Source: Leucoraja erinacea (taxonomy: Eukaryota). Taken from it: a stretch of 64,000 nucleotides of DNA. Below are positions 12,801-26,000 of the stretch, piece by piece. The stretch lies in assembly GCF_028641065.1 (NCBI RefSeq), contig NC_073400.1:29574001-29638000 (forward strand). The letters are read 5' to 3'. Position numbers and translations under genes: made by a program. Below the pieces are notes generated by a model. That model was not told where the DNA came from, searched no databases, and saw only the letters and a program-made list of their open reading frames with translations. Within the stretch, counting starts at the first letter, position 1, and each line of letters starts with the position of its first letter.

Positions 12801-14520
12801 GAGAGGGAGAGAGATACAGCATGGAAACAGGCCCTTTATCAACCATCTCTTTATTCCAGTCCTACAATAATCTTATCCAGTCTGAAGAAGGGTCCCGGCC
12901 TGAAATGTCACCCACCCTTTTCGTCCAGAGATGCTGCCTGATCCATTGAGTTACTACTTTGTATCTATCTTTGGTGTAAACTAGCATTCTTAACAGTCAT
13001 TCCTAACTGTCACTGTTTGTCGTTGTCACTTGCGGGGGCGGAGCACCAAGGCAAATTCCTTGTATGTGAATACTTGGCCAATAAACTTATTCATTAATTC
13101 ATTAATCTGCAGGTCCTTTCTACACACTAATTTTATTCAACTTTGTTCTCTCCATGTTGTTATCAATTCCCCCAAGATTCTACCCCTCGCCTACACACTA
13201 GGGGCAATTTACAGTGGGAATTAACCTACAGGCGTGCATGTCTTTAGGATGTAGGGGGAAACCGGAGCACCCAGAGGTAACCCACCTAGTTGGGCTTGTG
13301 GTTCTCATGAATAAAAGTGTAGGAAGGAACTGCAGATGCTGGTTATACACCTAAGACAGATTGAAGATGCTGGAGTAAATCAGCAGGATAGGCATCTCTG
13401 GAGAGAACGGTCTGAAGAAGGGTCTCAACCTGAAACGCCATCCATTTCTTCTCTCCGGAGATGCTGCCTGTCCCACTAAGTTACTCCAGCATTTTGTGTC
13501 CATCTTCGGTTTAAACCAGCATCTGCAGTTCCTCCCTACTCTATATGCATCAAGATGGCTGGTTAAAAATGTCCCTGACATGTTCTTTCAATGTTAACAT
13601 TGTGTTTTCCAGAATCAGAAGGGAACAAACCTCCCGGAGCAAATAACAATGAAATGCAGGTAAAGACGGCAAAGTATGAATTCTCCGTGTATTGAGAACT
13701 TACAAAATTCTGTAATCCAACCTCACTAATCAAGTCACTAATCTGCTTCAATGGTTCTATGGTTCCTTTATCATCAAACGCATCAAGATGCATCAAGGTT
13801 ATTTTATGCATACAGATCAGACGATTATTTCAAAGGAACAGGGTTCTAATTTTGGATGATCAGCCATGATCACATACACAGCAGCTCGTTCCATACACCC
13901 ACCACACTTTGTGTAGAAAGTTACCCCTTGGGTTCCTATTAAATCTTTCCCCCCCTCATCATAAACCTATATCATCTGGTTCTCGATTCTTCTACTCTAG
14001 GCAAAAGGCTCTGTGCGTCTACCCGATCTTTTCCTCTCATGATTTTGTACACCTCTATCAGATCACCCCTCATCCTCCTGCACTCCAAGCGTCCTGGCCT
14101 GCTCAACCTCTCCCTATAGTTCACGCCCACGAGTCTGGGCAACATCCTTGCAAATCTTCTCCGCACCCTTTCCAACTTGACAGCATCTTTCCTATGACAT
14201 GGTGACTAAAACTGAACACAAATCATCGGACAAACCTTGGTTCCTCTTTTGTTTTTCAGGGTTTGCCAGCAGGAAAACGGAGCATCGTTTATGCAACACT
14301 GTCAGACATTCGAAGCAACAAGGAAGCTGCCCATTGTTCTAATCAATATCAAACTGTGTATGCAGAAGTGCAAGTTCAAAGCAAATCGACAGGGTCTCAC
14401 TCCAGTACTGGGGAGGACAATGTCACCTATTCAGAAGTTACATCTCAAAGCGTCAGCCAGATTGCCCGTCAGAAAGCTCCTTCTCCTGTGCAGAGTATTT
14501 ATGCCACTGTGACTTCTTAG
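3841..14520 (+). CDS. Gene A: CD300/pIgR-like (CMRF35/MDIR-like) inhibitory receptor, spliced join(3841..3898,8229..8549,9919..10021,12661..12746,13613..13659,14260..14520), 291 aa
   Basis: All six exons have GT/AG sites with compatible phases (1,1,2,1,0). The total is 876 nt, open to TAG. Domain order: signal peptide, V domain with KYWC-x6-C extra disulfide, S/T stalk, uncharged TM, Tyr-motif tail. Confidence 0.88.
6066..6780. mobile_element. Nested CR1-type LINE 3' fragments (a plus-strand piece inside a minus-strand copy)
   Basis: GVQRRFTRLIPGMAGLSY.ER...SRTRGHSLRIRG in both orientations. Confidence 0.75.
8229..8549 (+). CDS. Gene A exon 2: Ig V-set domain, CD300/pIgR type
   Basis: ITIDCHY...KYWCHGWSHWC...GRWSITDN..GIFTVTV...DTGWYSCGI; acceptor ttctcag, donor G|GTACGT; overlaps ORF 8270..8587. 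Confidence 0.95.
8556..8762 (-). mobile_element. V-SINE (HE1-like) fragment immediately 3' of the gene A V-exon donor
   Basis: Reverse complement of the SINE head and core. Confidence 0.8.
8972..9728 (+). mobile_element. GC-rich non-coding interspersed repeat with (AACTTG)n tail, probable non-autonomous retroelement
   Basis: Related copies at ~42575-43000(-), ~46858-47556(-), ~60115-60645(+) and ~63590-64000(-). Confidence 0.6.
9919..10021 (+). CDS. Gene A exon 3: Ser/Thr/Pro-rich stalk EPEPNPGSSTTTVALTSTTKVTSENNDHAPSSSDR
   Basis: Pyrimidine tract plus caacag acceptor; donor AG|GTATAA; phase 1 to phase 2. Confidence 0.85.
10105..10590 (-). mobile_element. CR1-type LINE 3' fragment
   Basis: RLIPGMAGLSYDERMERLGLYSLEFRRMRG in ORF 10309..10749. 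Confidence 0.8.
11105..11945 (+). mobile_element. Degenerate Penelope-like element (GIY-YIG region plus pLTR)
   Basis: CNCRRCNTCPY, LLYIGK...RLGDRF; ends in the ccagcatctgcagttcct pLTR sequence. Confidence 0.75.
12661..12746 (+). CDS. Gene A exon 4: transmembrane segment PIIWLGIAGVLLVVIFAGLLWCLMCRQR
   Basis: Acceptor tcccatag, donor A|GTGAGT; about 23 uncharged hydrophobic residues followed by basic residues. Confidence 0.9.
13613..13659 (+). CDS. Gene A exon 5: juxtamembrane cytoplasmic exon KSEGNKPPGANNNEMQ
   Basis: ttttccag acceptor, CAG|GTAAAG donor; its phase 1 to phase 0 structure joins exons 4 and 6 in frame. Confidence 0.8.
13875..14220 (-). mobile_element. CR1-type LINE fragment
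   Basis: ERVRRRFARMLPRL...YRERL...RMRGDLIEVYKIMRG. Confidence 0.75.
14260..14520 (+). CDS. Gene A exon 6: cytoplasmic tail with IVYATL, TVYAEV, VTYSEV, SIYATV (ITIM/ITSM)
   Basis: gtttttcag acceptor; corresponds to ORF 14263..14520; four Tyr motifs match the ITIM or ITSM consensus. Confidence 0.9.
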   Translation, partial: GLPAGKRSIVYATLSDIRSNKEAAHCSNQYQTVYAEVQVQSKSTGSHSSTGEDNVTYSEVTSQSVSQIARQKAPSPVQSIYATVTS

Positions 14521-17500
14521 ATAGACCATTGAGTCATTGATTGATTGATTGATACTTTATTACCACATGTGACAATGTCACGGTGATAATTGTTTTTGTT
14601 TTGCATACCATAAACAAGGTATATAAAGAGTCACTATGTATAGGGCGCCAACAGTTACAAACTATTCATTACAGTCCCTATTGGTCCCCCTTTGTTCTCG
14701 GCTCCCCCACCCCCCCACTCCATGACCCCCTTTGTTAACACACCCCCACCCCACGCCAGGTCCGCTATGTTCTCGGCAGCCCCGTACCTGGACCAGTGCT
14801 GTTTGTTGCCCCATCTTTGCGCCATGGTTGCATTGAGGTTTCTCTGCTGTAATCGACAAATCTAGTTACTTTGAAGAAGGGTCTCGACCTGAAATATCAC
14901 CCATTCCTTCTCTTCAGGGATGCTGCCTGACCCGCTAAGTTATTCCAGAACTTTGTCTCTTTTTTTTGCAAACCAGCTTCTGCAGTTCCTCATTTTTCCA
15001 CTCCCTTCCTTGGTCCCAATGATCAGCAATTGCCATAAAATTACTGAATCTGGGCCAGCTTTGCAAATAGCAGCCATTTTGCTCAATGCATTGAATGATA
15101 CCGTCTCCTTCCTCAACCCCATCCCCAACATAGACTGAGAGGTGTTATGTTACAGTGCAAACATCTTCTCTCTACAACTCAAGGTTGTGAGTTCAAATCT
15201 CATCACAGCACCTGTGCAAGTAACCCACCTGAACACTTCAGTGCAGAACGAGTGAGTGTGTCGATCTACAAGGCACCTCCTGCATCGCAGGAGACACAGA
15301 AATAAAGGAAACAAAAGTTGGAGATGGCAAATATTGTATATTGAAGATGATGAATGTTTTCTTGCGCAGAGGATGTTTCTGCTTCCAGAGATCATGTTGA
15401 ATATTGAGATTAATAAGACACAATAAAGCTTTTTTTTTTCTCTTCACGTGATGATTTTTGACTCGAGAGTCAAGTGTGTTTCATTGTCATATGTCCCAAA
15501 ATAGAACAATAACATTCTCACTTGTAGCAGCGCAACAGGTTTGTAAACACAGTTTCGGAGTCAGTCTCAGTTTAGTCTATTGTCACGTGTACCGAAGTAC
15601 AGTGAAAAGCTTTTGTTACGTGCTAACCAGTCAGCAGAAAGACAATACATGCTTACACTTGAGCCATTACAGTGTATAGATACATGATAAGGGAATAACG
15701 TTTAGTGCTAGGTTAAGCCAGCAATTGCTCAATGGATAAAATAACAAGCAAACAAAACAATAAGTTCAACAAATAAAAATAAATAGTGCCTATTGGGATC
15801 CATATTCAAACCACTCCAAAAGCCCTGGGTTATGAGCTGCATGACAGGGTGAACTATGAAGAGGATATAGAGAGTCATTGTGGAATGCAGTTGGGTTAAC
15901 TGAATGCACGAGGATGTGGGAAATGCAGCATATGAGACACGAGGGGAAGAAAGCAGAAATGCTGAACCGTTTTATAAACGGCAAGCGATTGAAATGTCTT
16001 CATGTTTAGTTTAGAGATACAGCGTGGAAACAGGCCCTTCGGCCCACCGAGTCTGCACCACCAGCAATTAACACTACCCCACACACACTGGTGACAATTT
16101 ACAATTTTACCAAGCCAATTATCCTGCACCTGTATGACGTTGAGGAAAGGAGTAAACCGGAGATCTCTAAAAAAAACCCATGTGGTCACGGGGAGTACGT
16201 ACAAACTCTATACAGACAGTACCCGTAGTCGGGATCAAACCTGGGTCTCTGGTGCTGTAGATGTTGTAAGGCAGCAACTCCACCGCTGTGCCACCGTGCT
16301 GTGGAGCAGAAGGGCCCAGATATTCCAGTACATGAATCATTGAAAGTTGACCAACAGTGCAACTTTTAGGAAGGCAAACGGCATGTGGGTAATTGTTGCA
16401 AGAAATTTGAATGCAAGCATAGTGACACTTTGGTTCAATGCTATATAGGGTTCTGTTGAGACTGCGTCTGGAATGTTTTGTTGATCTGGTCTTTATACAT
16501 AATGATGGATATATTTGCAAAGGAGAGAATGCAGCCAAGATTCAACAGAGCTGCTGCCTCACAGCACCAGAGGCCCAGTTTCAAAACTGACTATAGGTTC
16601 TGTCTGTGAAGAGTTTGCACATCCTCCCGGTGACTGTGTGGGTTTTCTCTGGGTCCTCTGGTTTCCTCCCTCATTCCAAAGATCTGCAGTTTTGTAGGTT
16701 GTTTGGCTTCTATAAATTCTCCCAAGTGTGTAAGATATGAATGTGGGATCACATAGAACTAGTACAAAGGGGCTGGATGGTCAGCATAGTGGGCCAAAGA
16801 GCCGGTTTCAACACTGTATTTAAACTAAACTAAAAATTCAGCAGTCTATATTCTGAAGAAGAAGGGTCTTGACCCGAAACATCACCTGTTCCTTATCGCC
16901 AGAGATGCTGCCTGACCAGCTGAGTTACACCAGCTTTTTGTGGATAATCTTATGGAAGCAGGTACAGGAGATGCCACAGCTAGTGCATCTGTCACACAGC
17001 TCCAGTCGTCTGGGTTCAATTCCGAACTTCATTGCTTTCTGTGTGGAGTTTGCATGTTCTCTCTGCGATTGCATTGTTATCCTCTGGATTCTCCAGTTTC
17101 CTCCCATACCCCAGAGCATACTAGGTGGTAGAATAACTGGCAACTGTAACATGCAAGAGAATAGGCAAAGGGATGTAGGATGGGGACAGATTAATGGGAT
17201 TAATCCCAAAGCTGGTATGGAATCAATGGGCCTAATGGGCTCCATATATTAATAGGTTTTGATAGGGTAGCTGCTGGGATGAAGCTTCCCCTGTTTATAA
17301 GGGGCATCTGACTCAAAATATGAGGTCAGTCATTCAAGAATGGGACAAGAAGAAGCCTCTTTACAAGGAACATGGTGAATCCTCAAAGTTCTCTCACCAG
17401 GAGACCATCGAGGCTCAATCACAGTAAAAATCAATATTTTTATTAAAAATTATAGGAAACAAAGGATATAGAATCCATTCACAAAAGTGGTGCTGTGTCA

Positions 17501-19850
17501 ACCATGATGCCATTGAGTAGCGGAGAAAAATACTGAAGATAGACACAAAGTGTTGGAGTAACTTAGCGGGTCAGGCAGCATCTCTGGAGATAAAGGATAG
17601 GTGACATTTTAGGTCGAGACCCTTCTTGAGACTATACTCTTGCTTTATGTTGTGTTCAAACTATGAGCACTGCATGGTATGATTTTTGGCACAGTGCTGT
17701 TATCTTAGTTGAATGTTGTTTCGAACAATAAAGGGAGTTAGATTAGATGCTCAGTTTTGTTAACAGCAATACAGATAAGATGCCCCCCAGAGCCTACAAG
17801 TGGACAGCTTTTTCTCCATCAACCTGCGGCACAGTGGCCCAGTTGGTAGAGCTGCTGCCTCACATCGCCAGAGACCCGGCATCCATTAATCCCTCAGCTA
17901 CTTTGTCAGACATGATTTCCCTCCCATAAATGCACCATGATCCTGTCCCAATTGCTTGCTGAGATCACATGCTATTAGCATATTGAAGGCGTCCAAAACA
18001 CGTCTCCTCCCAGAGATCCTTACTCATTGAATTTGCCGAACCTAATGAGTATTGAACTCAGACACAATCATTTGATGACCGCTATTAGTTCTTTGCTGAT
18101 TGTGTGTCCAATCGTACACCTACTGTACCAGGGTCAAGACACAACTCCAAGTGATGCTTTCAAGTGGTTAGTAATTCTTATCGCCACACAGGCTAACTTT
18201 AAGGGCAGCAATCTGCCTTGAAATAGATTAAAGTGAGATATAATGATTTCATTACCTTCTTTGTCCATTATTAACACTGTGTACGATTGTATACCAACCT
18301 CCCTTCCATTGACTCCATCAACAAGACACGCTGCCTTGGCAAGGCCACCAGCATAATCAGGGATGAGTCACACCCTGGACACTCCCTCTTCTCCCCTCTT
18401 CCATCAGCCAAGAGGTACAGAAATGTGAAAATGCATATCTCCAGATTCAGAGTCAGATCCTTCCCAGCTGTTATCAGGAAACTGAACCATCCTCTCACCG
18501 ACTAGATAGCGGTCCTAACCTCCCACCCACCTTATTGGAGACAGCCAGACTATCTTTACCCGGTCTTTACTGGACTTTATCTTGCATTAAATGTTATTCA
18601 CTTTATCCTGTATCTGTACACTGTGGATGGCTGTTTGTAATCATGCATAGGTAGGCAAAAACGAAGGAATATGTGACGTTTCGGGTCTCGACCAGAAACG
18701 TTGCCTATTCCTTTGCTCCATAGATGCTGCCTCACCCGCAGAGTTTCTCCAGCATTTTTGTCTACCTTCGATTTTTCCAGCATCTGGAGTTCTTTCTTAA
18801 ACAGTAATCATGCATCGTCTTTCTGTTGCAACAAACATCTTCTCACTCTACCTCGGTACACATGACGATAAACTAAACTAAACTAAACTTGCCAACTGGA
18901 CAGTGAATGACATCCTGGCCAAAGGTTTTGTGAAATGAGCAATAAGAGATTTTTTTAAACTTACAATGTTGTTGAGGTTTAGTCGGAAATCCAATCCCCT
19001 TCCCAACCAGTAAGGCTTGCTGGGGAAGTCGAACTTTTGGCAATTGTGGGTCAGGTTTGTATTGGGTTACTTAGCTGGTTGCGAGAATCAAACTTGGAAT
19101 GAAGCAAAACCCATCAGGAACAGTGGTGCAGCGGTAGAGCTGCCGTGTCACAGCGCCAGAGACCTGGATTTGATCCTGGCATCATGCGCTGCCTGTGTGG
19201 AGTTTGCATGTTCTCACTGCGACAGTCGGGTTCTCTCCAGGTGGTCTGGTTTCCTCCTTCATCCCAAATATGTACAGGTTTGTAGGTTCATTAGCATCTG
19301 TAAATGTCCCCCAGTGTGTAGGATGTGAATATGGGATAACATTGGACTACAATGGTGTGGAATTGGTTGGCCCGAAGGGACTATTTCCATGCTGTATCTC
19401 CAAACAAAACTAAATCGCCCACCATTAACAAGCTCCAGGCATGAAACGAGACCTGCCCTGAGATCAAAGTCCCAGCCTGGATCACACCCATCAAAGTTCA
19501 GAACAAATCCCGTCCAAATCGGCATGACTTGCCCACCACAATCAGCCATTTCTGGTCAAAGGGTGACCAGAGAGGTGGGTGTGGGACTATGCTACCTGTC
19601 CTGAAGACCTCTGTAGCCAACATCCAGCATAGATATGGTGGTCCTCTCCCAACTACAGAACAAGATGATTCCACAGGCGTTGGCACAATCCCTTCTGACT
19701 TTGTCCAGTTATCTGGACCTCGTAAGTTCATGCCATGGGAGTAGCATGGAGTCATAGCATAACTACATTCTATCATGTGATTAAAATTCACTTTAGATTC
19801 GTGAAATCATTTATAGCCAAGGGGAACTAGCTGGTTGTCAGCTATTGGCT

Positions 19851-19970
19851 TACTCTTGTTTCACATTCCGGTTCCTTGTTTCTTTCTTCATCATTTATAT
19901 TGTAACATTTCCTCTCGATGGGCATTTATTTAGTTCTCTGGACTAAGAGCTGAACAATAAACGTCCCAGC
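19851..19970 (+). promoter_or_regulatory. Putative proximal promoter/5'UTR of gene B
   Basis: tcttgtttcacattccggttccttgtttctttcttcatcatt and ggactaagagctga, conserved with gene A. Confidence 0.55.
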
Positions 19971-20028
19971 ATGGGGTCTGCATCTAAAACGATGTTGGTG
20001 CCAATTCTTCTCATTTGTTTCTTGCCCG
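19971..20028 (+). CDS. Gene B exon 1: leader MGSASKTMLVPILLICFLP
   Basis: Same length (58 nt) and phase as the gene A leader; donor G|GTGAGT. Confidence 0.85.
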
Positions 20029-23000
20029 GTGAGTAACATTCAGCATTGGACATTCTGATAATTAGTATTAGTTTGCACGTTATACACTGTTGCCACTGCA
20101 GAGATGCAGTGTTATTAATGTGTTATGTTTTATGTAGCATTCCTATCTGTCACTGTATGCCATTTTGTCATTTGCGGGCGGAGCACCAAGGCCAATTCCT
20201 TGTATGTGAATACTTGGCCAATAGACATTCATTCATTCATTCATTCAGATGGTTAAAAATGTGTCGCCACGTAAAGCTGCAAAATGTTCAGCACATAATA
20301 ATATGACCAGTATTGGAATATAGTCATGTAAACACTCTCTCTCTGTAACATGGTACTACACAAATCATCACCAATGTATCCAATGTGTACTTCAAGTAGC
20401 CTTTGCTTTCCCTCTGTCTCCATCACCTCCCCTTCTCGCCAGAGATGACGTCTGACCCGCTGCGTTACCCCAGCATTTAGTCGATCAAAGACACACGGCA
20501 CTCCCTCCACGTACTGCAATGGGAAATGTTGAACCTAAACCTTAGCACATTCAAAGAAAATTCTGTGAAAGCCAGCCATTGGGAACAGGCGGCATCTCAA
20601 ATGAGGAAGCACCAGAGTGACTGTCCAATTTAGCATTTGGAGAAGTTGTGGTAATCTCTCCCTTCTGAGAAAAACCAGCTGCCTTACAACAGACTCTGCT
20701 GCTCGAGCTGTTCTACACACTGTGCTTTCCCCAGCCTCTGAGTTCTCCTTCAAGGCATTTGTCTTGTGGCTTGTGAGCCGACCTGGACTGATGTGATGAT
20801 GTGTCTCCACCCCAGCTCCTGAATCTGCAGAGTTTCACATGTGTTAGAGTCATAGAGTGATACAGTCTGGAAACAGGCCCTTCAGCCCTTCTTACCCACA
20901 CCGGCCAACATGTCTCAGCAACACTAGTCCCACCTGTCCACGTTTGGTCCATGTACCTTCAAACCTGTCCTATCCATGTACCTGTCTAACTGCTTCTTAG
21001 ATTATGGGATAGTCCCTGCCTCAACTACTGCCGAAGTTTTTGAGGGAGGAAGTGTTATCGTAATCAACCAGTGGATCTGCTTTCACAAGAAACAGAAAGG
21101 TATTTGTTAACAATAACAACCTCCCCTGAGCTTAAATTAATATCGCAGTTTGTAATATTCTTTCTGCAATTAAATCAGGTTTATCAACGGTTTACAATAA
21201 AAAATGTTCTGAACTCCCTTGACCATTCTGCCGTGTGAAAAAGACACCTCATGATATGGTCACCGGATGTCCAGTTTGAAACATCAGTGGCTGATATCAA
21301 TGCTCCACCACAGTGGAATGGGATTAAAATGTTTATTTCATTCCGGCAGCTTTCAGACCTGTTTGAGCCACAAAGTGCTGCCGTATCCCTCTTGGGGTTT
21401 CCGTGGTTGACCCATAGGCTAAGTATGTCATGGGTCACCACACTCAACCTGGACTGTGGTGGGTAGGCCCGGAATCCCACCAGTGAATTGGGCGTTCCTG
21501 GTCCATATAACCATATAACGATTACAGCACGGAAAACACAGGCCATCTCGACCCTACTAGTCCGTGCCGAACTCATAATCTCGCCTAGTCCCATATACCT
21601 GCGAGTTAGGTTTTTACCAGACCTAGAATATGAATGTGATGCGCTGGGGTAATCACCATGTTATCCAGTCTAGATTTATGGAGTGTACGAGAGCTATAAG
21701 CATGAGCGTTTTTAACATAGATTGAGCAAGCTGAGGGATCTGGCTGGTGCCATTCTCTGAGATATGTCAATATCACACCGATATCCCATACATGGTAGAA
21801 CCTCCATGCTCTGCTGACGTTTTAGATAAGCAGACAAGGGCTCCATGCTGTATTTAGGCACTGTAACTCACCTTTTAGTCATGGTGTAGATGTTCCAGAA
21901 CTCCAATACGTCAGTGGTTGAATAGTTTTGGTATGTTGTCCCTGCGTTGGCATTTTACCCATGTTAGCTCTTGGTGACTGTTCGCAGGGATGCCGACATG
22001 GTGGTAATGGTTCCTTTGGATAATCCCAGTCCCTGGTAAGGTCTATTCAAAACCTGCACCCAGGAGTTTGATGTTTTTCTGGCATGGGTGGCTTATGCCT
22101 GATACTGGGTTGAGTCAGCAACCATGGTCCATTAGGGAAATCCATAGGTGACTCGCCCACCATGTCGTGATGAACTGGGAACCATGGCTGTGTAGGCCGG
22201 TCGGGCACCTTCAATATCTCGGAGACAGATTCCATGGGACTGATGAGGCAGAAGGGAGGAAGGCAAAGCAGACATTCCCCCTTACAGCGTGTAGGCATCT
22301 ATCGCTGCTGCCTCTGATCTGGTTCCTAAGTCACATACATAGGTTACTGGTGATTCCGTTTTGTGCAACCAAATTGATATCTGGCTTTCAAACTGCTTAA
22401 TACCTTTAGCAGATATTTTGGGTTTGACATCTATTCAATGTTATCATAAATTTTTACCCGTGACGTGGTGTCTCCCACTGTGTTCTAGCTTCCTAGGACA
22501 TAGGCAGCTGATAGTTAAAATGTCTTTTGACACACCATTGCCAGATCTGTTTGACCAATTTGTTGCACAATAATGATTTTTATGCTCCCCATATGGTTGA
22601 TATAAGCCACCACCATAGTATTATCAATCCGTAACCACATATGTACGTGCTGCATTTGAAATGCATATGCTTTTTAGCCCAATAGGCGATCACCAATCCC
22701 AATAGTTGATAAGTGTAGTAACGATGTTTGTGAATTGGTCCATCTGTTACCTGTGATAGATATGGAGTTTAGTTGCTCCCCAGCCTAAAGTACTGGCATC
22801 GATTTTTAATAATCAAGTTGGGATTGGTGATGATAATAGGGCAGAGAACTATGCAAAATATATGTATGCCCACCACTGTAATTGTGATATAGCTTCAGTG
22901 GGTACAATCATGATTTGATTATAGTGACCCAAGTACCTTGGCAAAGTAACAGTCATATGGATGGAATTGTTATTGAAGCCCAGATAATCCATGGTAGTTA

Positions 23001-26000
23001 ACGGCTTCAATTCTGGTTTATCTGGGCGTGGGATGGGGGAGCTTTAGCAGAGAGCTGTTTCGTAGCTAGAACTGCTGCCACAGCTAATTCCTTTGTTTCC
23101 CCTAATATGAGGATATCATCCAATATAGCCATGATTATGCTTGCTTTTTTCTTAATATTTTCATGGCCATTTTTAATATTTATAATAGTTTAGGGCTGAG
23201 GTTAGACCATTGGGAATGCTCTATACTCTCATAGTTGCCCTAACCGGGATATCCATTATCCAGGTAAAAATTTTTAGGTATCTATAATGATCCTAGTGTA
23301 TGGGTATAAGATAGTTAGCATCTTCCATATCAATGCTCGCCATAGGTATCCTTTGGAGATGTCTGGCAGTGACAAAAACCCGTCTCCATCTTAAAGTGTA
23401 TATACTCAACAGATTTATTTAGTGATATTAGATCAATGATGATGCTACATTCACCATCTTTTGTAGTTTTGGTGAATATATTCGATACAAATTCCAATGG
23501 TTCATGTTTACTCCCATGATCCGTTTAGTAATGAGCCTTTCTAGTTCAGATTGACCTTCTCACTTCTCTTTCTTAGAGGGAGAAAATGCCCTTTGGGCGC
23601 ATTGCTGAACTGGCGGTAATATGCCCAATTTGAATTTGTTTTTTATCCACTAATACTGTTGAGTATATTTTAGTTATTTGTGACTTCCCATGCTTTATCA
23701 ACTCCTGCCCCCCCCCCCCCCCCCCCCCAGTTAGTAGAACACCCTTATTTAGTGTAAAACTGGGAGGAACCAGACTACCTACCTCCATGTTTATTGTTTT
23801 TTTCATGAAGGCCTAGTTTTGCTGGTATGCTGGTGCTGTCGGTATTTTCCCACGGCTCCGCTCTGGGCCCCTGTCTAAAAAGAACTATGGGGGTAATGTG
23901 AAGCGGTCGCCAGGCTTTCACCAGCCTTGTTCGATATTGCTCGTGGGATGCCGAGGGGTGCTGCCAGCTGGGTGTTGGATGCGATGTCCTGCTCGTTCCA
24001 TGGCCTGCCCTCATGAGGCGCACAGGTTTAGCTGCCTCTCTCTTCCCGCAGCAGCGGTTTGTATGCCCCGTATATTGGGGTTGTGGGCAGGTCGTATATG
24101 CACAAATGTCAGTCGAGTATCCCAAATTTGGGAACATCTTAGGCGTCAGCACACTCGTAGTGCAACGGGATAGTCTCATCCTGGGGAACCACCTTGGTGA
24201 TCATGGCGTCTCGCCTGCCAGGTAAGTATATCCGTGGAAAAAAAACGAGCAAAGGCTGACATCTTGACCCTTCTGTTAGGAGCTTCAGATTCGCTGCTTT
24301 TAGCTCTTGTCTGCGAGTCTGCTGACCCAGCTGCCTGCGGATTTGCCTCTAGAAAGGCCTACTCCTCCTGCAGGGCTTTGTTTGGGAAGATGGTCGCGTG
24401 GAGGAGCCATGTAGTGGCCCACGACACCCAGTAGCTCTTCCTGATCCTGCTCCCCTGGCATACTGCTGTGTTCTCGTCCGCCTGCCCAGCGTTTAAGCCA
24501 GCCAGCCCAGCCCTGGCCTCCTTAGCTAGCCTCAAAAGAGGGAGCAAAAGGGTGTGCTATAAATTGGAGGAGGCATAGCTCAAACTTCCGCTGTTGCATC
24601 AATCCCTCGACAAGGGAGATGGCTAGTGCAATAGCACTGTCAGCTCCCTTGGCATTCAGCCAGTGCCCCTTTTTTCCTGGAGGTTTTGAACTCCATGACC
24701 TCCTCTGGCTTGGGGAGACATACATACTTATTTTTGCTGTCTCCACCTGTTCCAGTGTTGGAGGAAGGTGATTCCTGTAGAACCTGTAATTTTGGTACGT
24801 TTTTTGTCTTACCTGTAGTTAGAGGCTGCCTGCCGTTTTTCAGGCGGCATTGTAGCGGTTCCCGGGCGGCGATTCTCCTTGTCAGGAGTCTGCAGGGCTG
24901 CCGGTCGGGTTTTTAAACTTCCCGCCGGTCCGCTGCTGTTACCAAACAGCTGTTCAGCGGACCGGCATCAGCGCAGCTCTCTATCAGCGGTCCGCAGCGT
25001 GTGCGGTCCCGTTAGCGCCTATCCCCCTCCACTGTCGGCTCCTTCGCTGGAGTCGAACGGGGGCCGCTTCCTCTGCTGCTTTGCTCCCCCTGGAGCAAAA
25101 ACCACAAGGCCCGATTAAGGTAAGTATTTACCTCACGTCCTTGGTTGCGGCACCTGCGCACTGGGCTGGGATCTTCACGGAATCACTCACGTGACTCCGA
25201 AGTAAAATTGTCCTATCTGGGACACATGACAATAAAACTCTCTTGACTCTAGTACAAAAATGCTGGAGAAACTCAGCAGGTGCAGCAGCATCTATGGAGC
25301 GAAGGAAATATGCAACCTTTCGGGCCAAAACCCTTCTTCAGATTGATGGGGGGCGGGGGGGCAGGGAGAAGAAAGGAAAAAGTAGGAGAAGGGGCCGAGG
25401 GGGAGATGGGAAGGGGAGGAGACAGCAAAGGCTAACGGAATTGTGAGAATTCAATGTTCATGCAATGGAGGAGGCCCAGGACAGAGAAGACAGATACGGA
25501 ATGGGAGGGGGAGTTGAAGTGCTGAGCCCGTTCCCTCCGTAACTCCCTTGTTAATTCTTCCCTTCCCTCCTGCACCACCCCCTCCCCAGGCACTTTCCCA
25601 TGCAACCGCAAGAGATGCTACACTTGTCGCTTTACCTCCCCCCTTGACTCCATTCAAGGAGCCACGCAGTCGTTCCAGGTGCGACAGAGGTTCACCTGCA
25701 TCTATTGCATCCGCTGCTCTAGATGTCAGCTGATCTACATCGGTGAGACCAAGCGTAGGCTTGGCGATCGTTTCGCCGAACACCTCCGCTCGGTCTGCAT
25801 TAACCAACCTGACCTCCCGGTGGCTCAGCACTTCAACTCCCCCTCCCATTCCGTATCTGACCTCTTTGTCCTGGGCCTCCTCCATGGCCAGAGTGAGCAC
25901 CACCAGAAATTGGAGGAACAGCACCTCATATTCCGCTTGGGGAGTCTGCATCCTGGTGGCATGAACATTGAATTCTCACAATTCTGTTAGCCCTTGCTGT

